64,000 nucleotides of DNA from Alphaproteobacteria bacterium. GTDB lineage: Bacteria > Pseudomonadota > Alphaproteobacteria > UBA828. Within the stretch, counting starts at the first letter, position 1. Each line of letters begins with the position of its first letter. Below are positions 41,367-52,391 of this stretch, in pieces. The stretch covers positions 1 to 64,000 of the forward strand of contig CBDCCI010000001.1 of NCBI GenBank assembly GCA_965214705.1. Direction: 5' to 3'. Position numbers and translations under genes: made by a program. The notes beneath the pieces are model-generated. The model made no database searches, was not told the DNA's origin, and saw only the letters and a program-made list of their open reading frames with translations.

Positions 41367-43093
41367 GGGGAGGCATCTCCGTCGTTTCCGCTGTCCGGCG
41401 CCGGCCGGTGCACCTTGCGCACGCGCGCGCCGGGGAAGGCATCGAGGACCTGCCGCACCAAGGGGTGGTCGATTGCCGCCTGGTCGGCCGCTTCCTGCTT
41501 GGCCCGATCCTGCTCGTCGAGGGTGGGCTCGCCGCCCTTTTCGCTCAGCGCGATCATCCAGCGCTCGCCGGTCCATTCCTCGAGCCGCTCCTGAAGCAGG
41601 GCGAGCATCTTGCCGTCAGGCGAACGCCCGCAGTTGATCTCGACCGCGCCTGCCGCGACCCGGATGGGCCGCACCTCGGTCCGGAGCCACGCGCTCAGGA
41701 TCGGCTCCCGCCGCTCCTCTGCGAGCGCAGCGATCTCACGCCAGGATGTCGGCTGCACATGCGGCGCGGATGCGGCTACCGGCGCTGGCTGGGGCGCCGG
41801 CTCAGGCGTCGATTCAGGCACCAACGCAGGCTCGGCTGCCCCGGTGCTTGCCGTACCGCTTGGCGAAGGTGCCGGAGCAGAGGCGGGCGACGCTGCAGGC
41901 GCCTCTTTCAGCTGCGCGCCGGCGCCGGCGCCGCCGGTGCCGATGGCGCGGAGCGCATCGGCCGGGCTCGGCAGGTCCGCGGCATAGGCGATCCGCACCA
42001 GGGTCATCTCGGCCGCAAGCGCGGGCCGCGCCGCCCGGTTTGCCTCCTCCAGTCCCTTCAGCAGCATCTGCCAGGTCTGGGTGAGCGACGGCACCGCCAG
42101 TGCCTCCGCCATGGCGCGCCCGCGCGTGCGCTCGGCCTCTGGCACCGCGAGGTCCTCCGCCGCGGCGGGAACGTGCTTCAGACGCGTGAGCCAATGGCAG
42201 AGCTCCAGCAGGTCCTGCAACAGGGTCTGCGGCTCCGCGCCGGCGTCGTGAAGCTCGGAGAAGCAATCCAGCGCGTCCTTAATCGCGCCCTTCATCAGCA
42301 TGTCGAACAAATCGAAGAGCCGGGTGCGGTCGGCGAGGCCCAGCATGGCGCGCACCGCCTCTTCGGTGATGCGCGTGCCCTCGTGAGCCATCGCCTGGTC
42401 GAGCACCGATAGGCCGTCGCGCACCGAGCCATCGGCGGCCCGGGCGATAAGCGCGAGTGCCGCCGGCTCCACCTCCGCGCCCTCTTTGGCGGCGATGCCC
42501 GAGAAGTGCTCGACCAGCAGCTCCATATCGACCCGGCGCAGGTCGAAGCGCTGGCAGCGCGAGAGCACGGTCACCGGCAGGCGCCGCACCTCGGTCGTCG
42601 CGAACACGAATTTGACGTGGGGCGGCGGCTCCTCGAGCGTCTTAAGTAGGGCGTTGAAGGCCTGCTTCGAGAGCATGTGGACTTCGTCGATGATGTAGAC
42701 CTTGTAGCGCGCCGAGACCGGGCGGTAGCGCACGCTCTCGATCAGCTCGCGCACGTCGTCGATGCCGGTGCGCGAGGCGGCGTCCATCTCGATCACGTCG
42801 ACATGGCGATCCTCGGCTATGGAGATGCAGAGATCGCACTTGCCGCACGGCTCAGGCGTCGGGCCGTCGGTCCCGTCCTCGCCGATGCAGTTGAGGGCGC
42901 GCGCGATGATCCTCGCGGTCGAGGTCTTGCCCACCCCGCGCACGCCCGTCAGCAGGTAGGCGTGGGCCAGGCGGTCCATCGCGATCGCGTTGCTGAGCGT
43001 GCGCACCAAGGCGTCCTGGCCGATCAGCCCGGCGAAGCTCGCCGGCCTGTACTTGCGCGCGAGCACGCGATAGGCGGCGGCGTCCTCGCTCAT
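41363..43093 (-). CDS. dnaX: DNA polymerase III gamma/tau
   Basis: LARKYRP, GVRGVGKT, IDEVHML, SRCQRF. Confidence 0.97.
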   Translation of the reverse strand: MSEDAAAYRVLARKYRPASFAGLIGQDALVRTLSNAIAMDRLAHAYLLTGVRGVGKTSTARIIARALNCIGEDGTDGPTPEPCGKCDLCISIAEDRHVDVIEMDAASRTGIDDVRELIESVRYRPVSARYKVYIIDEVHMLSKQAFNALLKTLEEPPPHVKFVFATTEVRRLPVTVLSRCQRFDLRRVDMELLVEHFSGIAAKEGAEVEPAALALIARAADGSVRDGLSVLDQAMAHEGTRITEEAVRAMLGLADRTRLFDLFDMLMKGAIKDALDCFSELHDAGAEPQTLLQDLLELCHWLTRLKHVPAAAEDLAVPEAERTRGRAMAEALAVPSLTQTWQMLLKGLEEANRAARPALAAEMTLVRIAYAADLPSPADALRAIGTGGAGAGAQLKEAPAASPASAPAPSPSGTASTGAAEPALVPESTPEPAPQPAPVAASAPHVQPTSWREIAALAEERREPILSAWLRTEVRPIRVAAGAVEINCGRSPDGKMLALLQERLEEWTGERWMIALSEKGGEPTLDEQDRAKQEAADQAAIDHPLVRQVLDAFPGARVRKVHRPAPDSGNDGDASP

Positions 43094-43150
43094 CGGTGCA
43101 TGGCGTCCTTCGATCCGCGTTTCGCGGGGGCGGCGCGTGAAGTTGGCGGC

Positions 43151-43246
43151 AGGAGACCGGCAGACGACCCGGCTTGAAGCTCGTTACGGCTGCTTCCTTC
43201 CGGACCTGACCGGGTTGGCGAGTTAGCCGTCCGCCGCCGATCTCCC
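43151..43246 (-). ncRNA. ffs: SRP RNA (4.5S)
   Basis: GTCAGGTCCGGAAGGAAGCAGC core on the minus strand; upstream of dnaX; TATAGT -10 just upstream. Confidence 0.93.
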
Positions 43247-43278
43247 GCCCGCACTATAGCAGGTGCCACCGGCGACCT

Positions 43279-43983
43279 TTAAGCCGCGCGCTGGGCCTGC
43301 TCGGCGAAATAGTCCAGCACGGCCTCGGTGTCGGTCACGTCGGCCGAGCAGCGGTTCATGTCGAACAGGTTGATCGCGTGGCTGATCGGCAGGCGGTCGA
43401 AGACCGCGTCCGACGGTACGATGGTGCGGTAATTGTAAGAAAACGCGTCGAAGACCGTGGCCCGGACGCAGTTGCAGGTGGCGCCGCCGGTGACGATCAG
43501 CGTATCGATGGCGCGGTCGATCAGATAGGGCAGGAGGGGTGTGCCGTGGAAGGAGCTCGGCTTCTTCTTGGTGAAGACCAAGTCGCCGGGCTCGGGCGCC
43601 ACCGCGTCCACAATCACGCTGCCATGAGTGCCTTCGAAGTAGACGTTCTCGCCCGCCTCCGCGCCGATTTTGGCGTCGAAGAGCCCGGCATCGCCAACGG
43701 TGCGGTCGATGGCGAAGCGGGTGTAGATCACCGGGGCGCCGGCGGCGCGGGCCGCGCCGACGATGCGCTTGGTTTGCCAAACCGCGGCCCAGCCGGTGGC
43801 GCAGCTATAGGGATAGGCCGCGAGATCGTGGTTGCCCTCCTCTCCCACCATGTAGTTCTGCACGTCGATGAGGATGACGGCCGGGCGTGCGCCGAAGCCG
43901 ACGCGCTTGGCCCAGCGGCCGCGCTCGATGGTCTCCCTGTCATCCGCGCTCAGGAAGCGTTGCCAATCCGGCATCTCAGGCAT
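43279..43983 (-). CDS. Isochorismatase-family cysteine hydrolase
   Basis: LIDVQN, KKKPSSFHGT, TCNCVRAT. Confidence 0.9.
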   Translation of the reverse strand: MPEMPDWQRFLSADDRETIERGRWAKRVGFGARPAVILIDVQNYMVGEEGNHDLAAYPYSCATGWAAVWQTKRIVGAARAAGAPVIYTRFAIDRTVGDAGLFDAKIGAEAGENVYFEGTHGSVIVDAVAPEPGDLVFTKKKPSSFHGTPLLPYLIDRAIDTLIVTGGATCNCVRATVFDAFSYNYRTIVPSDAVFDRLPISHAINLFDMNRCSADVTDTEAVLDYFAEQAQRAA

Positions 43984-44051
43984 CGCGGGCCTCCAACCGT
44001 GCGTTGCGGGGACCCCATCTTAGCCGGAATCCGCCCGCGCCGGGGACGGCC

Positions 44052-44957
44052 GTGAGCGGAAATCGCCCCGAGGCCCAGGGCTGGCGGCTCCAGGTGACGC
44101 TCAGTCGGGCTGATTTCGTGGCCTTGGAGGCGGCGCTCGAAGAGAATGCGGATGCCGTGGTGGCCGAGACGATCAAGGCAACACACCCGATAGAGGAAGC
44201 CCCGGCGGACCTTCTCCGCATGACCCTGTTTGGCACTGCCTCGGCAGCGGACGACCCAAGACCAAATCGGTTGCGCGCGTTGCTGAGCGTGGCGGGCGGC
44301 GAGCCCGCCACGACGGCGGTCGAGCCGGTGGGCCTCACCGATTGGAAAGCGCAGTCCCTCGCCTCCTTTCCGCCTGTCTCGGTCGGGCGTTTGACGATCG
44401 TGGGCGCGCGCCAGGCCCCGTCCCGCCGACGCTTCGTCATCTGCGTCGATGCCGGCCCCGCCTTCGGCTCCGGCCGCCACGAATCGACCCAGGGCTGCCT
44501 GCTCGCGCTCGACTGGCTGGCCAGACGCCGACACGTGACCCGAGCGTTCGATATCGGCACGGGCTCCGGCATCCTCGCGGTGGCGGCGGCGCGCCTCTGG
44601 CCGGCGCGGGTGCTCGCTCTCGATAGCGACCCTGTGGCGGTGGTCACGGCGCGGGAAACGGTGCGGCAAAACGGGCTCTCTCGCCGGGTGACGGTGCTGC
44701 GGGGAGAGGGCTTCCGCTCGGACCCCGTGTGCCGGCTTGGCCGGGCGGGTCTCATCGTCGCCAACATCAGGGCAAGGCCCATCGCCGCGATGGCGCCGGC
44801 CTTCGCCCGGCACCTGCGGCCGGACGGCATTGTGGTGCTCTCCGGCCTTCTCGCCGCCGAGGAGCGACTGGTGCTCGCGGCCTTCCATGCGGCGCGGTTC
44901 CGGCTCCGGCGGCGTATCCGGCTCGGCGCCTGGGTCACGCTGATATTGACGCGGTGA
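44052..44957 (+). CDS. prmA: Ribosomal protein L11 methyltransferase-like
   Basis: AFGSGRHEST, DIGTGSGILA, IVANI, LSGLL. Confidence 0.85.
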   Translation: MSGNRPEAQGWRLQVTLSRADFVALEAALEENADAVVAETIKATHPIEEAPADLLRMTLFGTASAADDPRPNRLRALLSVAGGEPATTAVEPVGLTDWKAQSLASFPPVSVGRLTIVGARQAPSRRRFVICVDAGPAFGSGRHESTQGCLLALDWLARRRHVTRAFDIGTGSGILAVAAARLWPARVLALDSDPVAVVTARETVRQNGLSRRVTVLRGEGFRSDPVCRLGRAGLIVANIRARPIAAMAPAFARHLRPDGIVVLSGLLAAEERLVLAAFHAARFRLRRRIRLGAWVTLILTR

Positions 44958-44981
44958 GCAGCGCACTGGCAGAAACGCTCC

Positions 44982-47012
44982 ATGCCAAAAGACAACGCGA
45001 CAACCGACCGGCGAAGCGCGCTGGCGCAGGCGCTCGCCGAGGCCGGTATCGACACGCCAATCCACGGGGTCGAAGCGCTGGTGCGGGGTGTCGCCGCGGC
45101 GGCGGTGCACAACCGAGACTGGCTCCGTCTGATCCACCCCGCTGCCGAGGCAGACGCTGCGCTGGCCGAACGGCTCGACGCGCTGCGGCGCTTCTGCGCC
45201 GAGGCGCCGGACGGGATCGACACGCCGCAGCAAGAGGCCCGGCTTGCGGCGCTCAGGGCCGAGCTTGCCAAGCGCGGCCTTGACGGCTTCGTGGTGCCAC
45301 TCAGCGACGAGCACCAGGGCGAATACATCGCGCGGCGCTCGCAGCGGCTGGCATGGCTCACCGGCTTCACGGGCTCTGCCGGCATGGCGATCGTGCTGGC
45401 CGAGCGCGCCGCGCTCTTCGTCGACGGACGCTATACCCTGCAGGCGGCGGCGCAGGTGGACGGCAGCCTCTACGAGCACCGGCACGTCACCGAGGAGCCG
45501 CCTGACGAATGGCTCAAAGAGCATCTCGTGGAAGGCGCCACGCTCGGCTATGACCCCCGGCTTCACGGCGCAGGCCAGAGAGACCGGTTTGCTGCGCCCT
45601 GCCGCGCCGTCGGTGCCCGCCTGGTCCCGTGCGAGGACAATCCCATCGACGCGCTGTGGGCGGACCAGCCGCCGGCCCCACTCGGCCCCATCGCCCCCCA
45701 TCCGGCGCGCTTCGCGGGCGCCGAGGCGGGCGAGAAGCGGGAGATCGTTGCCGCCCGGCTTGCGGAGAAGGGCGCGGCCGCCGCGGTCCTGAGCGCACCG
45801 GATTCCATCGCCTGGCTGCTCAACGTACGCGGCGCCGACGTCGCCAACAGCCCCCTCCCGCACTCCTTCGCAGTCGTTCACCGGGACGCCGAAGTGGACT
45901 GGTTCGTGGACAGCCGCAAGCTCCTCCCCGAGGTTCCGGCACATCTCGGCAATGCTGTGCACGTGCAGGCGCCGGAGACCATGGCGAACGTGCTCGACGC
46001 GCTCGCCGGCGCGGGCAAGGCGGTGCTGATCGACGAGGCGGCAACGCCGGTCTGGATAGTCGATCGGCTGACGGAGGGCGGTGCCGAGGTGATTCGCGGC
46101 GCCGATCCCTGTGCGCTGCCCAAGGCCTGCAAGAACGCCGTGGAGCTTGACGGCATCCGCGCGGCCCACCGCCGGGATGGCGCGGCGCTGACCCGCTTCC
46201 TGGCCTGGCTCGCCGCCGTCGCTCCCGGCTCGATCACCGAGCTCGACGCGGTCGACCGCTTGGCGGCGATGCGAGCCGGCGGCGAGCACTACCGGGGGCC
46301 GAGCTTCGACACGATCTCGGGCGCGGGCCCCAACGGCGCCATCGTCCACTACCGGGTGACGGCGGAGAGCAACCGCACGCTGGAGCCGGGCACCCTCTAC
46401 CTCGTGGATTCGGGCGGGCAGTACCTGGACGGCACCACGGACGTGACCCGCACGGTCGCGATCGGCCGGCCGGAGCCCGAGCACCGGGACCGCTTCACCC
46501 GCGTGCTGCGCGGCCACATCGCGCTGGCGACAGCACGCTTCCCGCGCGGCACCACTGGCGCCCAGCTCGATACGCTCGCCCGCCAGTTCCTGTGGCAGGC
46601 GGGCCTCGACTACGACCACGGCACCGGGCACGGCGTGGGCCACTACCTCAACGTGCACGAGGGCCCGCAGCGCATCTCCCGCATGGGCTCGGGCGCGGCG
46701 CTCGCACCCGGCATGGTGGTCTCCAACGAGCCCGGCTACTACAAGTCCGGCGCCTTTGGCATCCGCATCGAGAACCTGGTGACGGTGACGGAGGCCGACG
46801 CGGCCGACGGGGGTTTCCTCGGCTTCGAGACGCTGACGCTCGCGCCCATCGACCGCGCCCTCATCGACCCCGCCATGCTGACGGCGGATGAGCGCGCCTG
46901 GCTCGATGCCTACCACGCGCGCGTCGTGGAGAGCCTCGCGCCACTACTGGCGGACGACGCGGCTGCTCTCGACTGGCTCCACGCCGCGACGGCACCCTTG
47001 ACCGCCACCTAA
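44982..47012 (+). CDS. pepP: Xaa-Pro aminopeptidase with N-terminal extension
   Basis: DSGGQYLDGTTDVTRT, HGTGHGVG...VHEGP, SNEPGYY, GIRIEN. Confidence 0.92.
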   Translation: MPKDNATTDRRSALAQALAEAGIDTPIHGVEALVRGVAAAAVHNRDWLRLIHPAAEADAALAERLDALRRFCAEAPDGIDTPQQEARLAALRAELAKRGLDGFVVPLSDEHQGEYIARRSQRLAWLTGFTGSAGMAIVLAERAALFVDGRYTLQAAAQVDGSLYEHRHVTEEPPDEWLKEHLVEGATLGYDPRLHGAGQRDRFAAPCRAVGARLVPCEDNPIDALWADQPPAPLGPIAPHPARFAGAEAGEKREIVAARLAEKGAAAAVLSAPDSIAWLLNVRGADVANSPLPHSFAVVHRDAEVDWFVDSRKLLPEVPAHLGNAVHVQAPETMANVLDALAGAGKAVLIDEAATPVWIVDRLTEGGAEVIRGADPCALPKACKNAVELDGIRAAHRRDGAALTRFLAWLAAVAPGSITELDAVDRLAAMRAGGEHYRGPSFDTISGAGPNGAIVHYRVTAESNRTLEPGTLYLVDSGGQYLDGTTDVTRTVAIGRPEPEHRDRFTRVLRGHIALATARFPRGTTGAQLDTLARQFLWQAGLDYDHGTGHGVGHYLNVHEGPQRISRMGSGAALAPGMVVSNEPGYYKSGAFGIRIENLVTVTEADAADGGFLGFETLTLAPIDRALIDPAMLTADERAWLDAYHARVVESLAPLLADDAAALDWLHAATAPLTAT

Positions 47013-47482
47013 GCCTGCCTCCACCGCCCGCACCCTTGCGACGATCCAGGTGGCGGCGCCCTATCTATGATCGTCGAGCGGCACCAAGACTCAAGACCCG
47101 TGTCAGCCCCACCGGCGTCGCCGTTCCGTCGTTTGTGCGCCATTCCTCGCGCCTTAACCCGCATTTCTCACCACGGTCGCGACCCCGGCACGGCCTCCCA
47201 GGTTTGGCTCGCCGTGAGCCCCCAGAAGCTCTCTCTGACGCCGGGCGCCTGCGACAACGGAGGACAACACCGTGAAGGGTGAGGTCGTCGACATTTGATA
47301 CAGCGGCTACTATCTGAGCATCCGTCTCCGGGTTCCGGAGGCCGACGCGTTGCTCCTGGCGAAGGTGGATACGGTCGATCCCAACGTCGCGGGAGTCGAG
47401 CGCGGGCAAGCCCTGTGGTGTTGCTGGCCCCCGTCATCGTCGCGCATCCTGCCGCGCGAGTTACAGTCCGAGGTGTCAAAGA

Positions 47483-48772
47483 ATGAGTGAACCCAAGACC
47501 ATCGTCTTCTTTCCCGAGGCCGCCTTCGGGCCTGCGCTCAACTCGGTGGCGATCGCCCAGGCCTGCCGTGCCCGCGGTCACCGGACGGTCTTCGTCTGCG
47601 ATCCCGGCTTCACGGAGGTGTTCGAGAATTACGGGTTCGAGGCGGTGCCGGTGCCCATGTCGGAGCCGATGCCGCCGGAGCAGATGGCCAAGTACTGGTC
47701 CGACTTCATCAACGGCCATATCCCCAACTTCCGCAAGAGCCCCTACGACCAGATCGACAACTACGTGAAGGACTGCTGGGACGCGATCGTGGAGACGGCA
47801 GTATGGGCCGAAAAGACCTTGCCCGGCATCCTCAGGGAAATCGGGCCTGACCTCATCTGCATCGACAACGTGATCCTGTTCCCCGCCACCAAGCAGCATG
47901 GCGTGCCCTGGGTACGGATCATTTCCTGCAGCGAGAACGAGATCCCCGACCCGGACATACCGCCCCACCTCTCCGGGTGCGGGGAGAACGACCGGGCGTG
48001 TTTCACGGCCTTCGAGAGCCGCTTCAACGAGGTGATCGGACCGATCCACGGGCGCTTCAACGAATTCCTGACACGCTGCGGCGAAGACCCCTATCCGCTC
48101 GGTCAGTTCTTCGAGCCCTCGCCCCACCTCAACCTACTGCTCTATCCCAAAGCAGTCCGGTACGCCCGGTGCCAGCCCCTAGATCCGGCGCGTTTCCGGT
48201 ATCTCGAAGGCTGCGTCCGCCAGGAGGAGCCCTACACCGTGCCGCGCTTCGCCGCGCACGACGACGCACCCCTGGTCTACGTCAGCTTCGGCAGCCTCGG
48301 CGCCGGCGATACCGAGCTCCTGAAGCGCATCGTCGCCGCGTTCGCTGGCAAGCCCTATCGGGTGCTGGTCAATGTTGGCGACTACCTCGACTCATACGAC
48401 GCGCCGCCCGACAACGTGCATCTCGCCGGCTGGTATCCGCAACCCTCGGTGATCCCGCAAGTCGACGCAGTCATTCACCATGGCGGGAACAACAGCTTCA
48501 CGGAGTGCCTCTATTTCGGAAAGCCGGCGCTGATCATGCCCTACGTCTGGGACGGCCACGACAACGCCACACGCGTCGCCGAAACAGGGCACGGCTTCGC
48601 GCTGCCTCGCTACGACTGGACTGACGAAGATTTGCTTCGTGCCGTCGACAGCCTGATCGGCGATCCCGCGATGCGCGACCGCCTCGCCCGGACCAGCCGG
48701 CAGATGCAGGAGGCCGACGGTCCATCGTTTGCGGCACAACTCCTCGAAGGGGTGCTTCAGCAGTCGAGCTGA
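47483..48772 (+). CDS. GT1 (MGT-like) UDP-glycosyltransferase
   Basis: YVSFGSLG, WYPQ...IHHGGNNSFTE. Confidence 0.88.
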   Translation: MSEPKTIVFFPEAAFGPALNSVAIAQACRARGHRTVFVCDPGFTEVFENYGFEAVPVPMSEPMPPEQMAKYWSDFINGHIPNFRKSPYDQIDNYVKDCWDAIVETAVWAEKTLPGILREIGPDLICIDNVILFPATKQHGVPWVRIISCSENEIPDPDIPPHLSGCGENDRACFTAFESRFNEVIGPIHGRFNEFLTRCGEDPYPLGQFFEPSPHLNLLLYPKAVRYARCQPLDPARFRYLEGCVRQEEPYTVPRFAAHDDAPLVYVSFGSLGAGDTELLKRIVAAFAGKPYRVLVNVGDYLDSYDAPPDNVHLAGWYPQPSVIPQVDAVIHHGGNNSFTECLYFGKPALIMPYVWDGHDNATRVAETGHGFALPRYDWTDEDLLRAVDSLIGDPAMRDRLARTSRQMQEADGPSFAAQLLEGVLQQSS

Positions 48773-50163
48773 CCGGCGGGTCCAGCCCGCATATCAAACG
48801 ATCGCGAGTCCGGGGCATACACAGGAGCGCTCCAGAACCCTGGGAGAAGATAATCGTTGATTTTCAGGACGTCTCGGAACGCTTGGGAATACCTGGAAGA
48901 AGGGAGTGGTGGAGGCGAGGTCCACCAGTAACCCGAACAAACCGACCCAACCCACCAAACCAGCCGCAAACGGCAGGTTCTTCAGCAGCCTGCTAGCTTG
49001 CTCGCCGACGACGCGGTATCGCAATTCCGTACTCGCGCAGCGTGCTTTCCACGCTCGGACGTTGAAGTCGGATGCGTTTGTCGCTCAGCAGGTAGGAAAA
49101 CACGTACCCGAGACCCAGGATCAGAACCCCAATCAGGAAGCAGTAGATGATGGCGCGGTCGGGGTACTGGTCCTTGAGATAGCCGATGTAGAGGGGGCCG
49201 CAGACGCCGGCCGCCGCCCAGGCCGTCAACATGACGCCATAGACCGCAGACATCTTTTTCGCGCCGAAGACGTCGAGCACGAAAGAGGGCATCGTCGCGA
49301 AGCCACCGCCAAAACAAAGCATGATGTAGCAGACGAGAGCCGAGAATATCCACGGATCGCGCTCGGTCATCAGGATGCCGAAGACGATCATCTGGCTGGC
49401 CAGCAGGATTCTGAACACGCGGATGCGACCAATGCGATCGGACAGCAATCCCCAGAAGAGCCGGCCGAATCCGTTGCAGAGCGAACTGGCAGCAATCAGC
49501 GTCGCGCCATATTCCGCGAGGGTTTCCGGCTCCACCGACGGGTCGGCAAGTCCCCACACGTCCTGAAGCAACGGTGACTGAAAGCTGATGACGGCGATGC
49601 CGGCGGCGATGTTGAAGAAGAACACGAGCCACATGACGGCGAATTCGCCCGAATACAGGCAGCGCGCGGTCGAGTCCGGCTCGTCCTGTACGCTGCTGGA
49701 AGCGGTGGCATCATCTAGACGACTCGCGAGCTCCGCGGGCGGATCCCGCAGCGCCAGACTGCACGGGATCAACACCGCGGCGAACACCACGCCGAGCCAG
49801 ATGAACAGAAGCGGAAGATCTCCTTCCGTCTCAACCACCAGCAAGGGCGCCAGTCCTTTACTGAGAACCACCGCGCCGATCCCAAAGCCCATGACGACGA
49901 TGCCCGTCGCCAGTCCCTTCTTGTCCGGGAACCACTTCGCCACCGTGGCGACGGGCGTGACGTAGCCGAGCCCGATCCCGGCGCCGCCGATCACGCCGTA
50001 ACCGAGATAGAAGAGCGCGAGACTGTCGAGCTGCAGGGCGAGGCCGGCAATCATGTACCCGCCTGAGGTAACTGCCCAGGTCTGATTCCGCCGAGCACTC
50101 ACGCGTGATGGACTGATGCCTCTGGCCTGGTGCCGCTGACGTGGAGCGGAGCGGCGGGGGATT

Positions 50164-51726
50164 TCAGAAGCGCAGTACCGGGATTAGCTGCATGGGATCG
50201 GGGTGCGCCAGGGTTTCGAGGACATTCCAGCGCTGTTTTCGAGCGGTGGCGATGACGGACCGCAGGTTGGCGAAGTCGCAGGCACCTTGCATCGAGCGGA
50301 AGCCGCCTGAGATTTTCTGACGCAGCTTGCCCATTCGCAGATCGCGCTCCGCCTCATTGTTCGAGAACGGGGTTCGCGGGTCGGTGAGGAAGCGCAGGCA
50401 CCCCTCCTTGTACTTCTGGAGCCGGAGCGCGAGGTTGTGACCGATGCGGCGCTTTTGTCGTCCGCGCTTTCCGGTCTGGAGCGGCGGCATCTCTTCGTGA
50501 GCGGCGATGGCACGTTCGAGGATGCGGTCCCAGGCTCGCGAGATGCGGGCGACCAGTGATGCGGGCACGTCGCGATCATTCTTGCGGGCGAAGCGGGCGG
50601 CTCTGTTGGCACGGGAGAGCAGCTGGTGCGTGCTCGTTGCCCAGTCTTCCTTCTCGATCTCGATCAGGGCCTGGAGCTCACGCAGGTGATGGGCGTTGCA
50701 GGCCCCGTGGCGCACGCCCTCGAGAGCGAAGTAGGTGGCATAGTCGTCATGGATGACGATGCCGTTGAGCTTCTCGTCGAAATGGCCGCGCCCGCTGGCG
50801 ACGCGCAGGATGGTCAGCAACGGGGTGCACAGCACGTGGAGCCAATGGGTCCGGGCGGCGATGCGGATGCCGGTCTCGTCGAGGTGTTTGACCGGGGCTT
50901 CGGTGCGGATGATCTCTGCGACACGATCGAGGAAGCCCTCGAAGCGCCGGGCGGTGCGCCGGCCCATGGCGGCGATGGTGGCCGTTGAGATCTTGACCGC
51001 GAAGAGATCGCTCATGACCTCGGCGACGCGCTTCTCCGGAATGAACTGAGCGTGCAGCAGGTAGGTCACCCACGCGGTGATGCGCGGCCCGTACTGGACC
51101 GGGGCGCTCACGCCGTTCGGGAAGGCGGCTGTTGTCATGGTACCGCAGGCGGCGCAGAGGCAGCGATGGCCGCGATGCTCGGTGGCCTCGAGGGGCTGCG
51201 GCTCGGGCACATCGAAGACCTGCCGGCAGACGGGGGCTCCGTGACGGTCGGCGTCCGACAGCGGCGCGCCGCAGCCCTCACAGGCGGACGGATCATGATC
51301 CACGACGTGGTCCGGGTTCTCGGTCCGCTCCAGGGTGGTTCCCTTGTGGCCCGGCTGACCGCCGCTGGGCCTGTCGGATTTGCCGCGCCGGCTCCGGGTG
51401 CGCTTCTCCTGGTCTCCGCTCTTCTTCTCCTGGTCTCCGCTCTTCTTCTTCAGGCCGTCGCTGGCCGGCGGCTTGGAGCTGGTGGTGCTGTCGAGCGCGG
51501 CGCTGCGCTCAAGTTCGGCGATCCGCTCGCGCAAGCGGGCGTTCTCCCGCTCCAGCGCGTCGTTCTCCTTGACCAGCGCCGCGCTCAGGCGAAGCAGCCC
51601 CTGGCCCCATTCCCGGATGGCTTTGACGGCGGTCATCGCGAAGGATTGTGGGGTGAAAAGGTCCTGCAGGCACGCGAAAGCCTCGTCGTGAGCGGCGAGG
51701 TCCGCGTGCCAGCGCGACACTGTCAC
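50164..51726 (-). CDS. IS66 transposase
   Basis: SSKPPASD, GGQPGHKG, LDETG, CNAHHLREL, NNEAERDLR. Confidence 0.92.
   Translation of the reverse strand: MTVSRWHADLAAHDEAFACLQDLFTPQSFAMTAVKAIREWGQGLLRLSAALVKENDALERENARLRERIAELERSAALDSTTSSKPPASDGLKKKSGDQEKKSGDQEKRTRSRRGKSDRPSGGQPGHKGTTLERTENPDHVVDHDPSACEGCGAPLSDADRHGAPVCRQVFDVPEPQPLEATEHRGHRCLCAACGTMTTAAFPNGVSAPVQYGPRITAWVTYLLHAQFIPEKRVAEVMSDLFAVKISTATIAAMGRRTARRFEGFLDRVAEIIRTEAPVKHLDETGIRIAARTHWLHVLCTPLLTILRVASGRGHFDEKLNGIVIHDDYATYFALEGVRHGACNAHHLRELQALIEIEKEDWATSTHQLLSRANRAARFARKNDRDVPASLVARISRAWDRILERAIAAHEEMPPLQTGKRGRQKRRIGHNLALRLQKYKEGCLRFLTDPRTPFSNNEAERDLRMGKLRQKISGGFRSMQGACDFANLRSVIATARKQRWNVLETLAHPDPMQLIPVLRF
51403..51444. repeat. 21-bp tandem duplication (KKSGDQE x2)
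   Basis: CTTCTCCTGGTCTCCGCTCTT twice. Confidence 0.9.
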
Positions 51727-52391
51727 AAACCCTCGTCAGCCTCGACGGCCATGATCGCGGCCAGCACCGCCAGGCGTTCGCCCGCCGGCATGGCCTCGTA
51801 GCGCCGGCCCCAGTTGGCCGCCTTGCGCTTGATGCGCTGGCGGTCGGTGAAGTTGCGGCCCGCGCAGCTCGCCCAGTGCACCCGGTCGGGCGCGAAGTTG
51901 AACCACACCACCTCGGTCCGCACCTGGGCCTGGGTCGTCACCTGCAGCGCCAGCCGGCGCCAGCCCGCCAGCAACTCGTCATAGAGCGCAGACGGGTGGC
52001 CCGAGACCATCACCTGGCAGGGCAGACCCTTGAGCAGTTCGAGGAGCGCGACGTGGTCGGCCTCCTCGTACTCGAAGCGGTAGCGCTGCGACGAACGCCG
52101 GGTCGCGTGCAGATAGGGCGGATCGCTGTAGACCAGCTCCGGGCCCAGGAACGGGAACGAGGCCAGAAAGGAGTGGGCGCAGCCGTGCACCAACTCCACC
52201 GGGTAGCCACAGTCGAAGGACTCAAGCGCCCGCTCGTCGCGGTCAATCCCGATCGAGCGCACGGCCGCAGGCTTGCGCTTCATCAGCGCCCCGCCCCCCA
52301 AGTGGCTCTCGATATAGACAGAGTGCGGGGGCATCAGCGCAATCAGCGCCTGGCTCAGACCGGTCGTCGCCTTCGATCCGAAATACCCCAC
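51723..52391 (-). CDS. DNA adenine methyltransferase (Dam/D12-like)
   Basis: YFGSK, ESHLGGG, YSDPPY; 4-nt overlap with the transposase start. Confidence 0.85.
   Translation of the reverse strand: MGYFGSKATTGLSQALIALMPPHSVYIESHLGGGALMKRKPAAVRSIGIDRDERALESFDCGYPVELVHGCAHSFLASFPFLGPELVYSDPPYLHATRRSSQRYRFEYEEADHVALLELLKGLPCQVMVSGHPSALYDELLAGWRRLALQVTTQAQVRTEVVWFNFAPDRVHWASCAGRNFTDRQRIKRKAANWGRRYEAMPAGERLAVLAAIMAVEADEGL

Noticed and set aside
48850-48920. TGGTGGAGGCG as a tRNA/tmRNA 3'-end att remnant
   Set aside because: 11 bp only, no T-arm and no partner site in the window
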